Shown here: one piece after another, positions 1 through 8,048 of the stretch
Numbering within the stretch: the stretch's first letter is position 1
Layout: each line of letters begins with the position of its first letter
Assembly: GCA_035540975.1 (NCBI GenBank)
Contig: DATLFN010000136.1
Location: 856-64,855 of the forward strand
Source of the DNA: Acidimicrobiales bacterium
GTDB lineage: Bacteria > Actinomycetota > Acidimicrobiia > Acidimicrobiales > GCA-2861595
Direction of reading: 5' to 3'
DNA length: 64,000 bases
Program-made: the position numbers and the translations under genes
Notes under the pieces: generated by a model
The model's database searches: none
Told to the model about the DNA's origin: nothing
Seen by the model: the letters and a program-made list of their open reading frames with translations, nothing else

Positions 1-467
1 AGCGCCTCGGGCGGGTCGTCGGGAGACACCAGCACCGCCACCTTGGCCGGGCCGGCGGCCAGGCGCACGGCGGCGTCGAAAGGGCGGCCGTGGGCCGACA
101 CGACGGTGGCGTCGTCCCACGGGAGGCCCAACCGGGCGAACGCCAACGACACGGCCGACGGCGCCGGGTGCACGTCGAGCGCCTGGGGGCCGAAGCGGGC
201 GGCCAGCGCCCGCACGATCCCGAAGAAGCCGGGGTCGCCCGAGGCCAGCACGCACACCGGCCCGGCGCTGGCGGCCACCGCGTCGAGCACGCCGATGACG
301 TCGCCCTCGATGGCCGCCGTGGCGACACCGGGCGGGGCCAGGGCCAGGTGTCGGCGGCCGCCGACGACCAGGGCGGCGGCGCCGAGGGCATGGCGCGCCG
401 CCGGCGCAAGCCCGGCAGCGTCCTGGCCCCAGAGGCCGACCACGGCGATGGGCGCCCGCTCAGGCAC
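1..467 (-). CDS. cobL: precorrin-6Y C5,15-methyltransferase (CobL/CbiE type), N-terminal part; the gene runs off the window
   Basis: My own minus-strand translation from GTG at 467 gives VPERAPIAVVGLWGQDAAGL...GPVCVLASGDPGFFGIVRALAARFGPQALDVHPAPSAVSLAFARLG, the tetrapyrrole-methylase signature of CbiE/CobL. The start overlaps the cbiD stop by 8 nt. This ORF is not in the supplied track because it is open-ended. Confidence 0.75.
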   Translation of the reverse strand, partial: MPERAPIAVVGLWGQDAAGLAPAARHALGAAALVVGGRRHLALAPPGVATAAIEGDVIGVLDAVAASAGPVCVLASGDPGFFGIVRALAARFGPQALDVHPAPSAVSLAFARLGLPWDDATVVSAHGRPFDAAVRLAAGPAKVAVLVSPDDPPEA

Positions 468-1551
468 GGGCCACCACCGCCTCGCCGTCGAAGTCGACCA
501 TGACGACCTCGACGGCCAGGGTTCCCCCGGCGTGGGCTTCGCACGCGGCCCGGGCCCGGAGGCAGAGCACCTCGAGGGCGCCGACGCTGCCTTCAGCCAC
601 GCACACCTCGAAGAAGTGCCGGGCGGTGGCGGTGGCGGTGGCAGCCTCCACCACCGCGGGTGGGGCGCCCGAGCCCAGGGCCGCCTCCCGCAACACGGAG
701 CCGTCGACCTGGGAGCGGTGGAAGTGGGTCATCATTACCCCGGCGGCCAGCTTGGCGATCTTGCCGGCCATGCCCACGAACAGGACCCGCCCGATCCCCG
801 CAGCCACTGCCCGGCGGAGGGCGATGCCGGTGAAATCCCCCACCTCCACGATGGCGACCTCGGGAAGGTCGGGGCGCAGCCGCACCGCGGCCCACTCGGA
901 CCGGCTGCCGGTGGCCAGGGCGAGGTCCTGCACGCCCTGGGCGGCGGCCACGTCGATCTGCTGCACGACCGAAGCCCGGTAGGCGGCGGTGGAGAACGGC
1001 CGCACCACGCCGGTGGTGCCGAGGATGGAGATGCCGCCGACGATGCCGAGTCGGGTGTTGGTCGTCCTGGCGGCCATGTCGCCTCCGCCCGGCACCGAGA
1101 ACGTAACGCAGAGCGGGCCCGGCGTCACCTCGGCGAGGGCGGCCAGGATCATCCGGCGGGGCACCGGGTTGATGGCCGGGGCACCGACGGGGAGGCCGAG
1201 GCCGGGCATGGTGACCGTGCCCACCCCGGGGCCGGCGTGCAGCTCGGTCGGCCCACTCGAGGCCGGCTCCACCAGCGCCGTCACGCGGGCGCCGTCCGTG
1301 CAGTCGGGGTCGTCACCCGCGTCCTTCACCACCACGCACCGGTTCGGGCCTTCCGGGCCGGGCTCGGCGCCGAAGCGCACCCGCCGCCCATCGGGCAGGG
1401 CCACCTCGACCTCGTGCTGGGCCACGCCGGTGAGGAGGCCCAGGGCCGCCGCCTTGGCCGCCGCGCTGGCGCAGGTTCCCGTCGTCCACCCCGTGCGCAG
1501 GCCCTTGGTGCGACCCGCCACGTCGGGGGAGAGGGGTGGTTCGGTGGTCAT
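460..1551 (-). CDS. cbiD: cobalt-precorrin-5B (C1)-methyltransferase CbiD
   Basis: Internal ATG at 1551 of ORF 460..2355 gives MTTEPPLSPDVAGRTKGLRTGWTTGTCASAAAKAAA...GGISILGTTGVVRPFS...GMAGKIAKLAAGVMMTHFHRS, which are typical CbiD motifs. The ATG shares one nucleotide with the cobM stop codon (TGATG). Confidence 0.9.
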   Translation of the reverse strand: MTTEPPLSPDVAGRTKGLRTGWTTGTCASAAAKAAALGLLTGVAQHEVEVALPDGRRVRFGAEPGPEGPNRCVVVKDAGDDPDCTDGARVTALVEPASSGPTELHAGPGVGTVTMPGLGLPVGAPAINPVPRRMILAALAEVTPGPLCVTFSVPGGGDMAARTTNTRLGIVGGISILGTTGVVRPFSTAAYRASVVQQIDVAAAQGVQDLALATGSRSEWAAVRLRPDLPEVAIVEVGDFTGIALRRAVAAGIGRVLFVGMAGKIAKLAAGVMMTHFHRSQVDGSVLREAALGSGAPPAVVEAATATATARHFFEVCVAEGSVGALEVLCLRARAACEAHAGGTLAVEVVMVDFDGEAVVARA

Positions 1552-2348
1552 CACGTGCGGGCGGCCCGGCCCTCGGTCGACCCCGACGCCGAGCGGCGCC
1601 GGAACATGTGCGCCCACTCGGGCGAGTACAGGTGGCTGCGGGGCGCGGCGCCGGCCAGCGCCGGGCCGACCAGCACCATGACGGTCGTGGTGGCGCCCGT
1701 GGCGGCCAGGTCGGCGGCCAATCGGCCGACCGTGGTCGTCACCACCCGCTCGTCCGGCCAGGAGGCCCGCACCACGATGGCGGCCGGCGTGTCGGGCGCG
1801 TAAGCCGAGCCGGCGGCCAGGAGGGCGTCCTGCAGCTCGGCGGGACGGGCTGCCGACAAGAACACGGCCATCGTGGCCCCGCTGGCGGCGAACGACGCCA
1901 CCGACTCGCGCGCCGGCATCGACGCCGCCGTCCGCCCGGCCAGACGGGTGAGCACCACGCTCTGGGCCACCTCCGGGACGGTCAGCTCGCGGCGCACGGC
2001 GGCGGCGGCGGCGGACACCGACGTTACCCCGGGGACGATCTCGAAGTCGCGCCCCGACGCCAGGCACCAGTCGATCTGCTCCTGGATGGCGCCGTAGACC
2101 GAGGGGTCTCCGGAGTGGAGGCGCACCACGGACGCGCCGGGATCGGTCGCCTCGTAGACGGCCAGCACGTCCTCCAGCGTCATCACCTTGGAGTCGTGGA
2201 TGCGGGCGCCAGGCCGGCAGTGCCCGAGCACCTCCCCGGGCACCAGCGACGATGCCCAGACCACGACCTCGGCGCCGGCCAGGCGGTCGCGGCCCCGCAG
2301 GGTGATCAGGTCTGCGGCGCCGGGACCGGCACCGACGAAGGAGATCAC
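1551..2348 (-). CDS. cobM: precorrin-4 C11-methyltransferase (CobM/CbiF)
   Basis: The C-terminal 265 codons of ORF 1551..3659 read VISFVGAGPGAADLITLRG...RLHSGDPSVYGAIQEQ...EIVPGVTSVSAAAA. The GTG at 2348 overlaps the cobI stop (GTGA). The upstream part of the ORF is Arg-rich shadow sequence. Confidence 0.9.
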   Translation of the reverse strand: MISFVGAGPGAADLITLRGRDRLAGAEVVVWASSLVPGEVLGHCRPGARIHDSKVMTLEDVLAVYEATDPGASVVRLHSGDPSVYGAIQEQIDWCLASGRDFEIVPGVTSVSAAAAAVRRELTVPEVAQSVVLTRLAGRTAASMPARESVASFAASGATMAVFLSAARPAELQDALLAAGSAYAPDTPAAIVVRASWPDERVVTTTVGRLAADLAATGATTTVMVLVGPALAGAAPRSHLYSPEWAHMFRRRSASGSTEGRAART

Positions 2349-3067
2349 GCCCCACCCTCCGCCCGTGCCGGGGGGACGATCACCGTGGCCAGGTAGGCGG
2401 CCGGGCGGGCGGCGGCGTCCGCCACCGCGCCCACGCGCTGGCCGGGGAGGCCGAGCAGCTCGCCGAACACGGCCCCGTCCAGGCGGCCGGCCCGGGCCAG
2501 CCGCTCGGCGATGGCCGGCAGGTGACGGCCCCCCTTGTACACGACGAGTGCGGCGTCCGTATCGGCCAGGGCGGCGTGGAGCGGCCCGGGCCCGTCGGCC
2601 GCGCTCACCACGGCCAGGCGCTCGGCGCCGTCGACGACCACGACCCCGGCGCGCGCCGCGAGGTCCTGGAAGGCCATGATCCCGGCCACCGTCTCCACCG
2701 CCGTGCCCGGCCGGAGCCGCTGCACGGCCGAGGCCAGGTGGTGGAACGTGCTGTAGATGTTCGGGTCGCCGAGGGTGACGAAGGCGACCCGCTGGCCGGC
2801 CGCCAGGCACTCCACCACCCGGGCGGCGGCGAGGTCGTGGGCGCCGGCGCGGGTGGCGGCATCCCCGTTGACGGCGAAGACCACCCGCTCGACGGCGATG
2901 GCCGGGTCGGCCCCGCGCACGATCGACTCGGCCCGGCCGACGGCGTCGACAGCCAGGGAGGGCGCGAAGACGCGATCGGCCTCCCGCAGCACGCGCAGGG
3001 CCCGCAGGGTGAGCAGCTCGGGGTCGCCAGGCCCAACACCCACGCCGACGAGCACCGCTGGGGTCAT
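2345..3067 (-). CDS. cobI: precorrin-2 C20-methyltransferase (CobI/CbiL)
   Basis: ORF 2345..3067 reads MTPAVLVGVGVGPGDPELLTLRALRVLREADRVF...VAFVTLGDPNIYSTFHHL...VAGIMAFQ. Confidence 0.9.
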   Translation of the reverse strand: MTPAVLVGVGVGPGDPELLTLRALRVLREADRVFAPSLAVDAVGRAESIVRGADPAIAVERVVFAVNGDAATRAGAHDLAAARVVECLAAGQRVAFVTLGDPNIYSTFHHLASAVQRLRPGTAVETVAGIMAFQDLAARAGVVVVDGAERLAVVSAADGPGPLHAALADTDAALVVYKGGRHLPAIAERLARAGRLDGAVFGELLGLPGQRVGAVADAAARPAAYLATVIVPPARAEGGA

Positions 3068-3142
3068 GGGGTTGGATGGACGGGAGCTGATGACCGCAGC
3101 ACCCCGTTCTGGCTTCCCGGCGGGCCGGGATCACAGTGGCGC

Positions 3143-4543
3143 TCAGGAGCGCCGCGCCGGACTCGCACCGGCTTGGGTCACGCGGGAGCGGCCAGCATAG
3201 ACCCGGGCGGCCTCGACGAACCGGGCCGCCGGTGCCGGGTCTGCGCCCAGGTGGAGGTGCAGATAGCCGGCGAACAGCGAGAGCCCGGCGAACCCGGCCC
3301 GGCCCCGGCCGAAGCGGGAGGCCACCTCGACCGCGTCGCCGGGCGGATCGACGGCGGAGTAGTGGAACTCGTGTCCCCGCACCTCGGCGCCGGCGACGAC
3401 GACCGGGTTGTCGACCCGGGGCGTGGCCCGGCGGTAGCCGAGGGTGAGACGGTCGGTCATGCGGGCGTCGGCCGGCACCACGCCCGCCAGCCGGTGGCCG
3501 TCGAGCGAGCGGGCCAGCCACACCAGGCCGCCGCATTCGGCCCAGGTGACGAGACCGTGGCGACAGCGGGCGGCGACGTCGTCGAGCAGTGGCCGGTTGG
3601 CGGACAGAGCCTCGGCGAACACCTCGGGGAAACCGCCGCCGGCGTAGAGCCCGGCGCACCCCTCCGGCAGCGATGCGTCGACGATGGGGTCGACGGCGAT
3701 CAACTCGGCTCCGGCCGCCTCCAGGGCTTCGAGGTTGTCGCGGTAGGCGAAGGTGAACGCCGGCCCGGCGGCCACGGCCACCCGCACCCGGAGCCCGCCT
3801 GCCGGCGGGTCCGGCAGCGGCGGGTCGCGCACCTCGCTGCTGGGCGCGGTCGCGGCGAGCGCCTCGAATGCGCCGAGGTCGCAGGACGCGTCGATGGCAT
3901 CCGCCAGGGCGTCGAGGGAGCGGGCCACCTCGTCGCGGTGCTCGGCCACCGGCACCAGCCCCAGGTGGCGGTCACGCCATGCCCAGGCGGGGTCGCGCCG
4001 CAGCACGCCGAGCACGGGAACGCCGAGCGGCCCGAGCGCCTCCCGCAGCATCACCTCGTGGCCGTCGCTGCCGACGCGGTTGAGCACCACGCCGGCCAGG
4101 CGCAGGCGCGGGTCGAAGGTGGCGAAGCCGTGGACGAGGGCGGCGACGGACCCGCTCATCGACGACGCGTCGACGACCAGCACCACCGGCGCGTCGAGCA
4201 GGCGGGCCACCTGCGCCGTGCTCGCCGTCCCCCCGTCGTCGGCGGCGCCGTCGAACAGGCCCATCACGCCCTCGACGATCAGCAGCTCGGCGCCGCGTCC
4301 CGCCCGCCCGGCGAGGGCGGAGACGGCCTCAGCGCCGCAGATCCAGGCGTCCAGGTTGCGGCCGGGCCGGCCGGTGGCCAGGGCGTGGTAGCCGGGGTCG
4401 ATGAAGTCCGGTCCGACCTTGGCCGCCGCCACCCGCACGCCGCGGCGCCGGAAGGCGGCCATCAGCCCGGTGGCCACGGTGGTCTTGCCCACACCCGACG
4501 ACGTGCCCGCCACCACCAGCCGGGGCGGCAACAAGGCGGTCAC
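3143..4543 (-). CDS. cobB: cobyrinate/hydrogenobyrinate a,c-diamide synthase (CobB/CbiA)
   Basis: ORF 3143..4543 has the N-terminal P-loop VVAGTSSGVGKTTVATGLMAAF and a C-terminal glutamine amidotransferase part (LYAGGGFPE...WAECGGLVWL...GHEFHYS). Confidence 0.9.
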   Translation of the reverse strand: MTALLPPRLVVAGTSSGVGKTTVATGLMAAFRRRGVRVAAAKVGPDFIDPGYHALATGRPGRNLDAWICGAEAVSALAGRAGRGAELLIVEGVMGLFDGAADDGGTASTAQVARLLDAPVVLVVDASSMSGSVAALVHGFATFDPRLRLAGVVLNRVGSDGHEVMLREALGPLGVPVLGVLRRDPAWAWRDRHLGLVPVAEHRDEVARSLDALADAIDASCDLGAFEALAATAPSSEVRDPPLPDPPAGGLRVRVAVAAGPAFTFAYRDNLEALEAAGAELIAVDPIVDASLPEGCAGLYAGGGFPEVFAEALSANRPLLDDVAARCRHGLVTWAECGGLVWLARSLDGHRLAGVVPADARMTDRLTLGYRRATPRVDNPVVVAGAEVRGHEFHYSAVDPPGDAVEVASRFGRGRAGFAGLSLFAGYLHLHLGADPAPAARFVEAARVYAGRSRVTQAGASPARRS

Positions 4544-4564
4544 ACCCTCACCGCGCCACCGACG

Positions 4565-5092
4565 TCAGTACTCGATGCCCTTGATGGCCTTGATGCCCGA
4601 GTCGAAGGCGTGCTTGACCTTGCGCATCTCGGTGACGGTGTCGGCCACCTCGACCAGTTCGGGGGCGGCGTCGCGGCCGGTCATGACCACGTTGGTCTTC
4701 GGCGAACGGTCCCGCACCGCATCGGCCACCTCGTCGGCCGCCACCCAGCCGTACTTCACGGCGTAGGTGACCTCGTCGAGGATGAGCAGCCGGTGCTCGC
4801 CCGAGGCCAGCTTGGCCTTGGCCACCTCCCAGGCGTGGCGGCCCTTGGCCGCCGTCTCGTCGAGATCGGTCGACTCCCAGGTGAACCCGTCGCCGAGGAC
4901 GTGCCACTCGATTCCCAGCGTGTCGGCCAGCTTGCGCTCGCCCGTCTTCCACTTGCCGCCCTTGATGAACTGCACCACGGCCACGTTCCAGCCCCGGGCC
5001 CACCCCCGGCCCATCACCCCGAAGGCGGCGGACGACTTCCCCTTGCCGTGCCCGGTGTTCAACAGCACGACCGATTCGGCGCGGGCCCCCAT
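4565..5092 (-). CDS. cobO: cob(I)yrinic acid a,c-diamide adenosyltransferase (CobO/BtuR type)
   Basis: Internal ATG at 5092 of ORF 4565..5437 gives MGARAESVVLLNTGHGKGKSSAAFGVMGRGWARGWNVAVVQFIKGGKWKTGE...LLILDEVTYA. The in-frame sequence upstream of 5092 lies on the complement of the riboswitch, so I excluded it. Confidence 0.85.
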   Translation of the reverse strand: MGARAESVVLLNTGHGKGKSSAAFGVMGRGWARGWNVAVVQFIKGGKWKTGERKLADTLGIEWHVLGDGFTWESTDLDETAAKGRHAWEVAKAKLASGEHRLLILDEVTYAVKYGWVAADEVADAVRDRSPKTNVVMTGRDAAPELVEVADTVTEMRKVKHAFDSGIKAIKGIEY

Positions 5093-5111
5093 GCACGGCA
5101 CGCTACCGGCC

Positions 5112-5262
5112 AATACAGTGGGCGCCGTAGCGCAGGGAACCCGGTGTGAGTCCGGGGCTGTCCCGCAACTGTGACCGGGAAGCCGAACCCGACATGGCCA
5201 CGGCCCGAGAGGGCGGGAAGGCCGGGTGAGGCGTCGATCCGGGAGCCAGGAGACCTGCCTGC
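5112..5262 (+). promoter_or_regulatory. cobalamin (B12) riboswitch controlling the cbiZ-to-cobT operon
   Basis: The conserved core is read directly: AGGGAAcccGGTGtgAGTCCGGgGCTGtCCCGCAACTGTGA (5134-5173), B12-box region GGCCACGG...GGGAAGGCC (5205-5224) and 3' element AGCCAGGAGACCTGCC (5244-5259). A small hairpin CCGAG-ggca-CTCGG (5263-5276) and an RBS GAGGA lie before the ATG at 5301. Boundaries are approximate. Confidence 0.85.
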
Positions 5263-5300
5263 CCGAGGGCACTCGGTCGACGCGAGGACGGACAGCCATC

Positions 5301-5924
5301 ATGGACATGCAGCTACGGGTGCGCCGGGAGGGCGGGCGGAACCTGGCGGTGCTGGTGTGGCGTTTCGACGCCGCGGTGCGCGCCATCTCCACCGCCCCGC
5401 ACGGGGGCGGGCTGGGGCCGCGGCGGTGGGTGGTCAACGCCGAGGTGCCGGCCAGCTACGCCCGCCGCGACCCGGGCGACCACCTGGCCAGGCTCGGCGT
5501 GTCGCTCGGCCTGCCCGGGCGGGGTGTCGGCCTGTTGACCGCAGCGGACGTGTCGGCCCGCACCACGGGCTGGGACGGGGGCGTCGAGGCCACCGCCACC
5601 GTCGGCCTCGGGCACCCCGTGCTGGCCGCCGCCCCCGACGAGGTGGGCCGGCCGTCGCTGGTCGGCACCATCAACCTGGTGGTGGCCCTCCCCGAGCGCA
5701 TGGCCGACGCCGCCCTGGTCAACCTGGTGGCCACCGCCACGGAGGCCAAGGTCCAGGCCCTGCGCGACGCCGGCCTGCACGCCACGGGCACGGCCACCGA
5801 CGCCGTGTGCGTGCTGTGCCCCGAGGACGGGCGGGCCCACGACTTCGGCGGGCCCCGATCGGCGTGGGGGGCACGCGCCGCCCGGGCCGTCTACACGGCC
5901 GTCGCCGCCGGGGCGCGGCCATGA
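5301..5924 (+). CDS. cbiZ: adenosylcobinamide amidohydrolase (CbiZ)
   Basis: Starting at ATG 5301 in ORF 5226..5924: MDMQLRVRREGGRNLAVLVWRFDAAVRAISTAPHGGGLG...TINLVVALPERMADAALVNLVATATEAKVQAL, which is CbiZ-like. The 5226 start is rejected because it overlaps the riboswitch. Confidence 0.8.
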   Translation: MDMQLRVRREGGRNLAVLVWRFDAAVRAISTAPHGGGLGPRRWVVNAEVPASYARRDPGDHLARLGVSLGLPGRGVGLLTAADVSARTTGWDGGVEATATVGLGHPVLAAAPDEVGRPSLVGTINLVVALPERMADAALVNLVATATEAKVQALRDAGLHATGTATDAVCVLCPEDGRAHDFGGPRSAWGARAARAVYTAVAAGARP

Positions 5925-6421
5925 TCACCCTGGTGCTCGGCGGGGCCCGCTCGGGGAAGTCCGAGGTGGCCGAACGTGCGGCCGCGGCGGCCGGTGACGC
6001 CGTCACCTACGTGGCCACCTACGTGGCCACCGGCACGGCCACCGACGCCGAGATGGCCGCCCGCATCGAGGAGCACCGCCGTCGCCGGCCGGCGGGGTGG
6101 ACGACGGTGGAGAGCGGCCCCGACCTGGCCGGTGCGCTGGTGGTGGCGACGGGGACGGTCCTGGTCGACGCCCTGGGCACCTGGCTGGCGCAGTTCGAAG
6201 ACGTGGCCGTGGACACCGATGCGCTGTGCGCCGCCCTGGCCGGTCGCCGAGGGGACACGGTGGTCGTGAGCGACGAGGTCGGCCTCGGCGTCCACCCGTC
6301 CACCGAGGTCGGCCGGTGCTTCCGGGACGCGCTGGGGACGCTCAACCGCCGTGTGGCCGACGTGGCCGACGAGGTGGTGCTGGTGGTGGCCGGCCGGGTG
6401 CTGCGCCTGGACCGGACGTGA
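5921..6421 (+). CDS. cobU: adenosylcobinamide kinase / adenosylcobinamide-phosphate guanylyltransferase (CobU/CobP)
   Basis: MITLVLGGARSGKSEVAE (P-loop)...VLVDALGTWLAQ...VVVSDEVGLGVHPSTEVGRCFRDALGTLNRR. The ATG at 5921 overlaps the cbiZ stop (ATGA). The gene contains an in-frame 12-bp tandem duplication (6005-6028, giving TYVATYVAT). Confidence 0.9.
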   Translation: MITLVLGGARSGKSEVAERAAAAAGDAVTYVATYVATGTATDAEMAARIEEHRRRRPAGWTTVESGPDLAGALVVATGTVLVDALGTWLAQFEDVAVDTDALCAALAGRRGDTVVVSDEVGLGVHPSTEVGRCFRDALGTLNRRVADVADEVVLVVAGRVLRLDRT

Positions 6422-6462
6422 GCGGTGCCGGGGTGAGCGGTGCCGGGGTGAGCGGTGCGCGG
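6418..6462 (+). repeat. 15-bp tandem repeat x3 (gtgagcggtgccggg, third copy with 2 mismatches) sitting on the cobU stop / cobS start junction
   Basis: Read directly from the DNA. It encodes (VSGAG)x2-VSGAR at the CobS N-terminus and supplies three in-frame GTG codons. The cobU TGA (6419-6421) lies in copy 1. Confidence 0.9.
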
Positions 6463-7158
6463 TCCGCACTCGGGTTCCTCACCGTGATCGGCGGGGCGGA
6501 GGCCCCCTCGCCCTGCGCCCTGCCCTGGTTCCCGGTGGTGGGCGCCGGCCTGGGGGCGGCACTGGGGCTGGTGTGGATGGGCGCCGCCCACCTCTGGCCG
6601 GCTCCGGTCGCCGCCGCCGTGGTGATCGCCGTCGACCTCGCCCTGACCGGGCTGCTGCACGTCGATGGGCTGGCCGACAGCGGCGACGGCCTGCTTCCCC
6701 ACCTCGACCGACAACGGCGCCTGGCCGTCATGGGCGAGCCGGACGTGGGCGCCTTCGGGATGGCCGTGGTGGCGGCCGTGCTGTTGCTGCGCGTCGCCGC
6801 CCTCGGCGCCCTCGCCGCGTCGGTACCGTTGCTCGCCGGGCTGTGGTGCCTCTCCCGCAGTGCGATGGCACTTGCCATCGCCACCCTGCGCTACGCCCGC
6901 CCCGAGGGCCTGGCCTCCGGCTTCGCCCGCTCGGGTGGGGCGGTGGCCGGTGGCGTCGGGCTGGCCGCCGCCGCCGGGCTGGCCGCCTGGTGGCGGATCG
7001 GGCCCGGGCTGGCGGCCGTCGCCGGTGGCCTGCTGGGGGCCGGTGCCGTGCTCTGGCTGGCTGACCGGCGCCTCGGTGGCTACACCGGCGACGTGCTGGG
7101 CGCGGCCGGGATGGTGGCCGAGACGCTCGGCCTGCTCGTGGCGTCGGCCCGCTGGTGA
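6418..7158 (+). CDS. cobS: adenosylcobinamide-GDP ribazoletransferase (cobalamin synthase CobS/CobV)
   Basis: The C-terminal part of ORF 6097..7158 reads ALGFLTVIGG...VDLALTGLLHVDGLADSGDGL...GYTGDVLGAAGMVAETLGLL, a polytopic membrane protein. GTG 6418 overlaps the cobU stop (GTGA). The repeat also offers alternative GTGs at 6433 and 6448. Confidence 0.85.
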   Translation: MSGAGVSGAGVSGARSALGFLTVIGGAEAPSPCALPWFPVVGAGLGAALGLVWMGAAHLWPAPVAAAVVIAVDLALTGLLHVDGLADSGDGLLPHLDRQRRLAVMGEPDVGAFGMAVVAAVLLLRVAALGALAASVPLLAGLWCLSRSAMALAIATLRYARPEGLASGFARSGGAVAGGVGLAAAAGLAAWWRIGPGLAAVAGGLLGAGAVLWLADRRLGGYTGDVLGAAGMVAETLGLLVASARW

Positions 7159-8048
7159 CTACCCGGGCCCTCGCCGTGGCCGGCGGGCTGGCGGCCGACG
7201 CGCTGTTCGGAGAACCTCCGGCGCGGTCGCACCCGGTACGCGCGTTCGGCTCCATCATGCGCATCGCCGAGCGCCGGCTCTACCGCGACTCCCGGGTGGA
7301 TGGGGTGGCCCACGCCGGCCTCGGGGTGGCGCTGGCCGTCGGCACCGCTGCGGTGGTGCGGTCCACCGCGGTAACCACCTATTTCGCCGTCGCCGGCAGG
7401 GCGCTCGGCGATACCGCCCTCGAGGTGGCGCGGGCGTTGGAGGACGGCGACCTCGATCGGGGCCGGGCCCTTCTGCCCGCCCTCGTCGGACGCGACCCCA
7501 CCGGGCTGGACGAGGCCGAGATCGCCCGCGCCGTCGTCGAGTCGGTGGCCGAGAACACCGTCGACGCGGTAGTGGCGCCCGCCTTCTGGGCCGTCGCCCT
7601 GGGAGCCCCCGGCGCCCTCGGCTACCGGGCCGTCAACACCCTCGACGCCATGGTGGGGCACCGCGGCGACCGCTACGGCAGCTACGGGTGGGCAAGCGCC
7701 CGCCTGGACGACGCCGCCAACCTCGTGCCGGCGCGCCTGACGGCGGCGCTGGTGGCCGGCGCCCGCCCCCGGCGGGCCGGCGAGGTGTGGCACACGGTCC
7801 ACCGGGACGCCCGTGGCCATCCCTCGCCCAACTCCGGCGTGGCCGAAGCGGCGTTCGCCGCCGCCCTCGGGGTCCGCCTCGGCGGGACCAACCGGTACGG
7901 CGACCGCCACGAGGTCCGGCCGTTCCTCGGCCGCGGCCGCCCGGCGGCGCCGGCCGACATCGCCCGATGCGTCCAGCTCTCCCGCCACGTCACCATCCTC
8001 TTTGCTGCCCTGTTGGTCGGCGGCGGCCTCGTGTGGACGTCCCGGTGA
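7155..8048 (+). CDS. cbiB: adenosylcobinamide-phosphate synthase (CbiB/CobD)
   Basis: ORF 7155..8048 reads LAADALFGEPPARSHPVRAFG...ESVAENTVDAVVAPAFW...YRAVNTLDAMVGH...PSPNSGVAEAAFAAALGVRLGG. GTG 7155 overlaps the cobS stop. Confidence 0.9.
   Translation: MTTRALAVAGGLAADALFGEPPARSHPVRAFGSIMRIAERRLYRDSRVDGVAHAGLGVALAVGTAAVVRSTAVTTYFAVAGRALGDTALEVARALEDGDLDRGRALLPALVGRDPTGLDEAEIARAVVESVAENTVDAVVAPAFWAVALGAPGALGYRAVNTLDAMVGHRGDRYGSYGWASARLDDAANLVPARLTAALVAGARPRRAGEVWHTVHRDARGHPSPNSGVAEAAFAAALGVRLGGTNRYGDRHEVRPFLGRGRPAAPADIARCVQLSRHVTILFAALLVGGGLVWTSR

Noticed and set aside
43-1803. 586-aa plus-strand ORF, and several other long ORFs overlapping cbiD/cobM on other frames
   Set aside because: The composition is Arg/Pro/Gly/Ala-dominated with no motif. 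These ORFs lie antisense to, or out of frame with, genes that have unmistakable family signatures. They are typical high-GC shadow ORFs.
5226-5300. Upstream in-frame start for cbiZ at 5226
   Set aside because: It would place coding sequence over the 3' conserved element of the cobalamin riboswitch. ATG 5301 has its own RBS.
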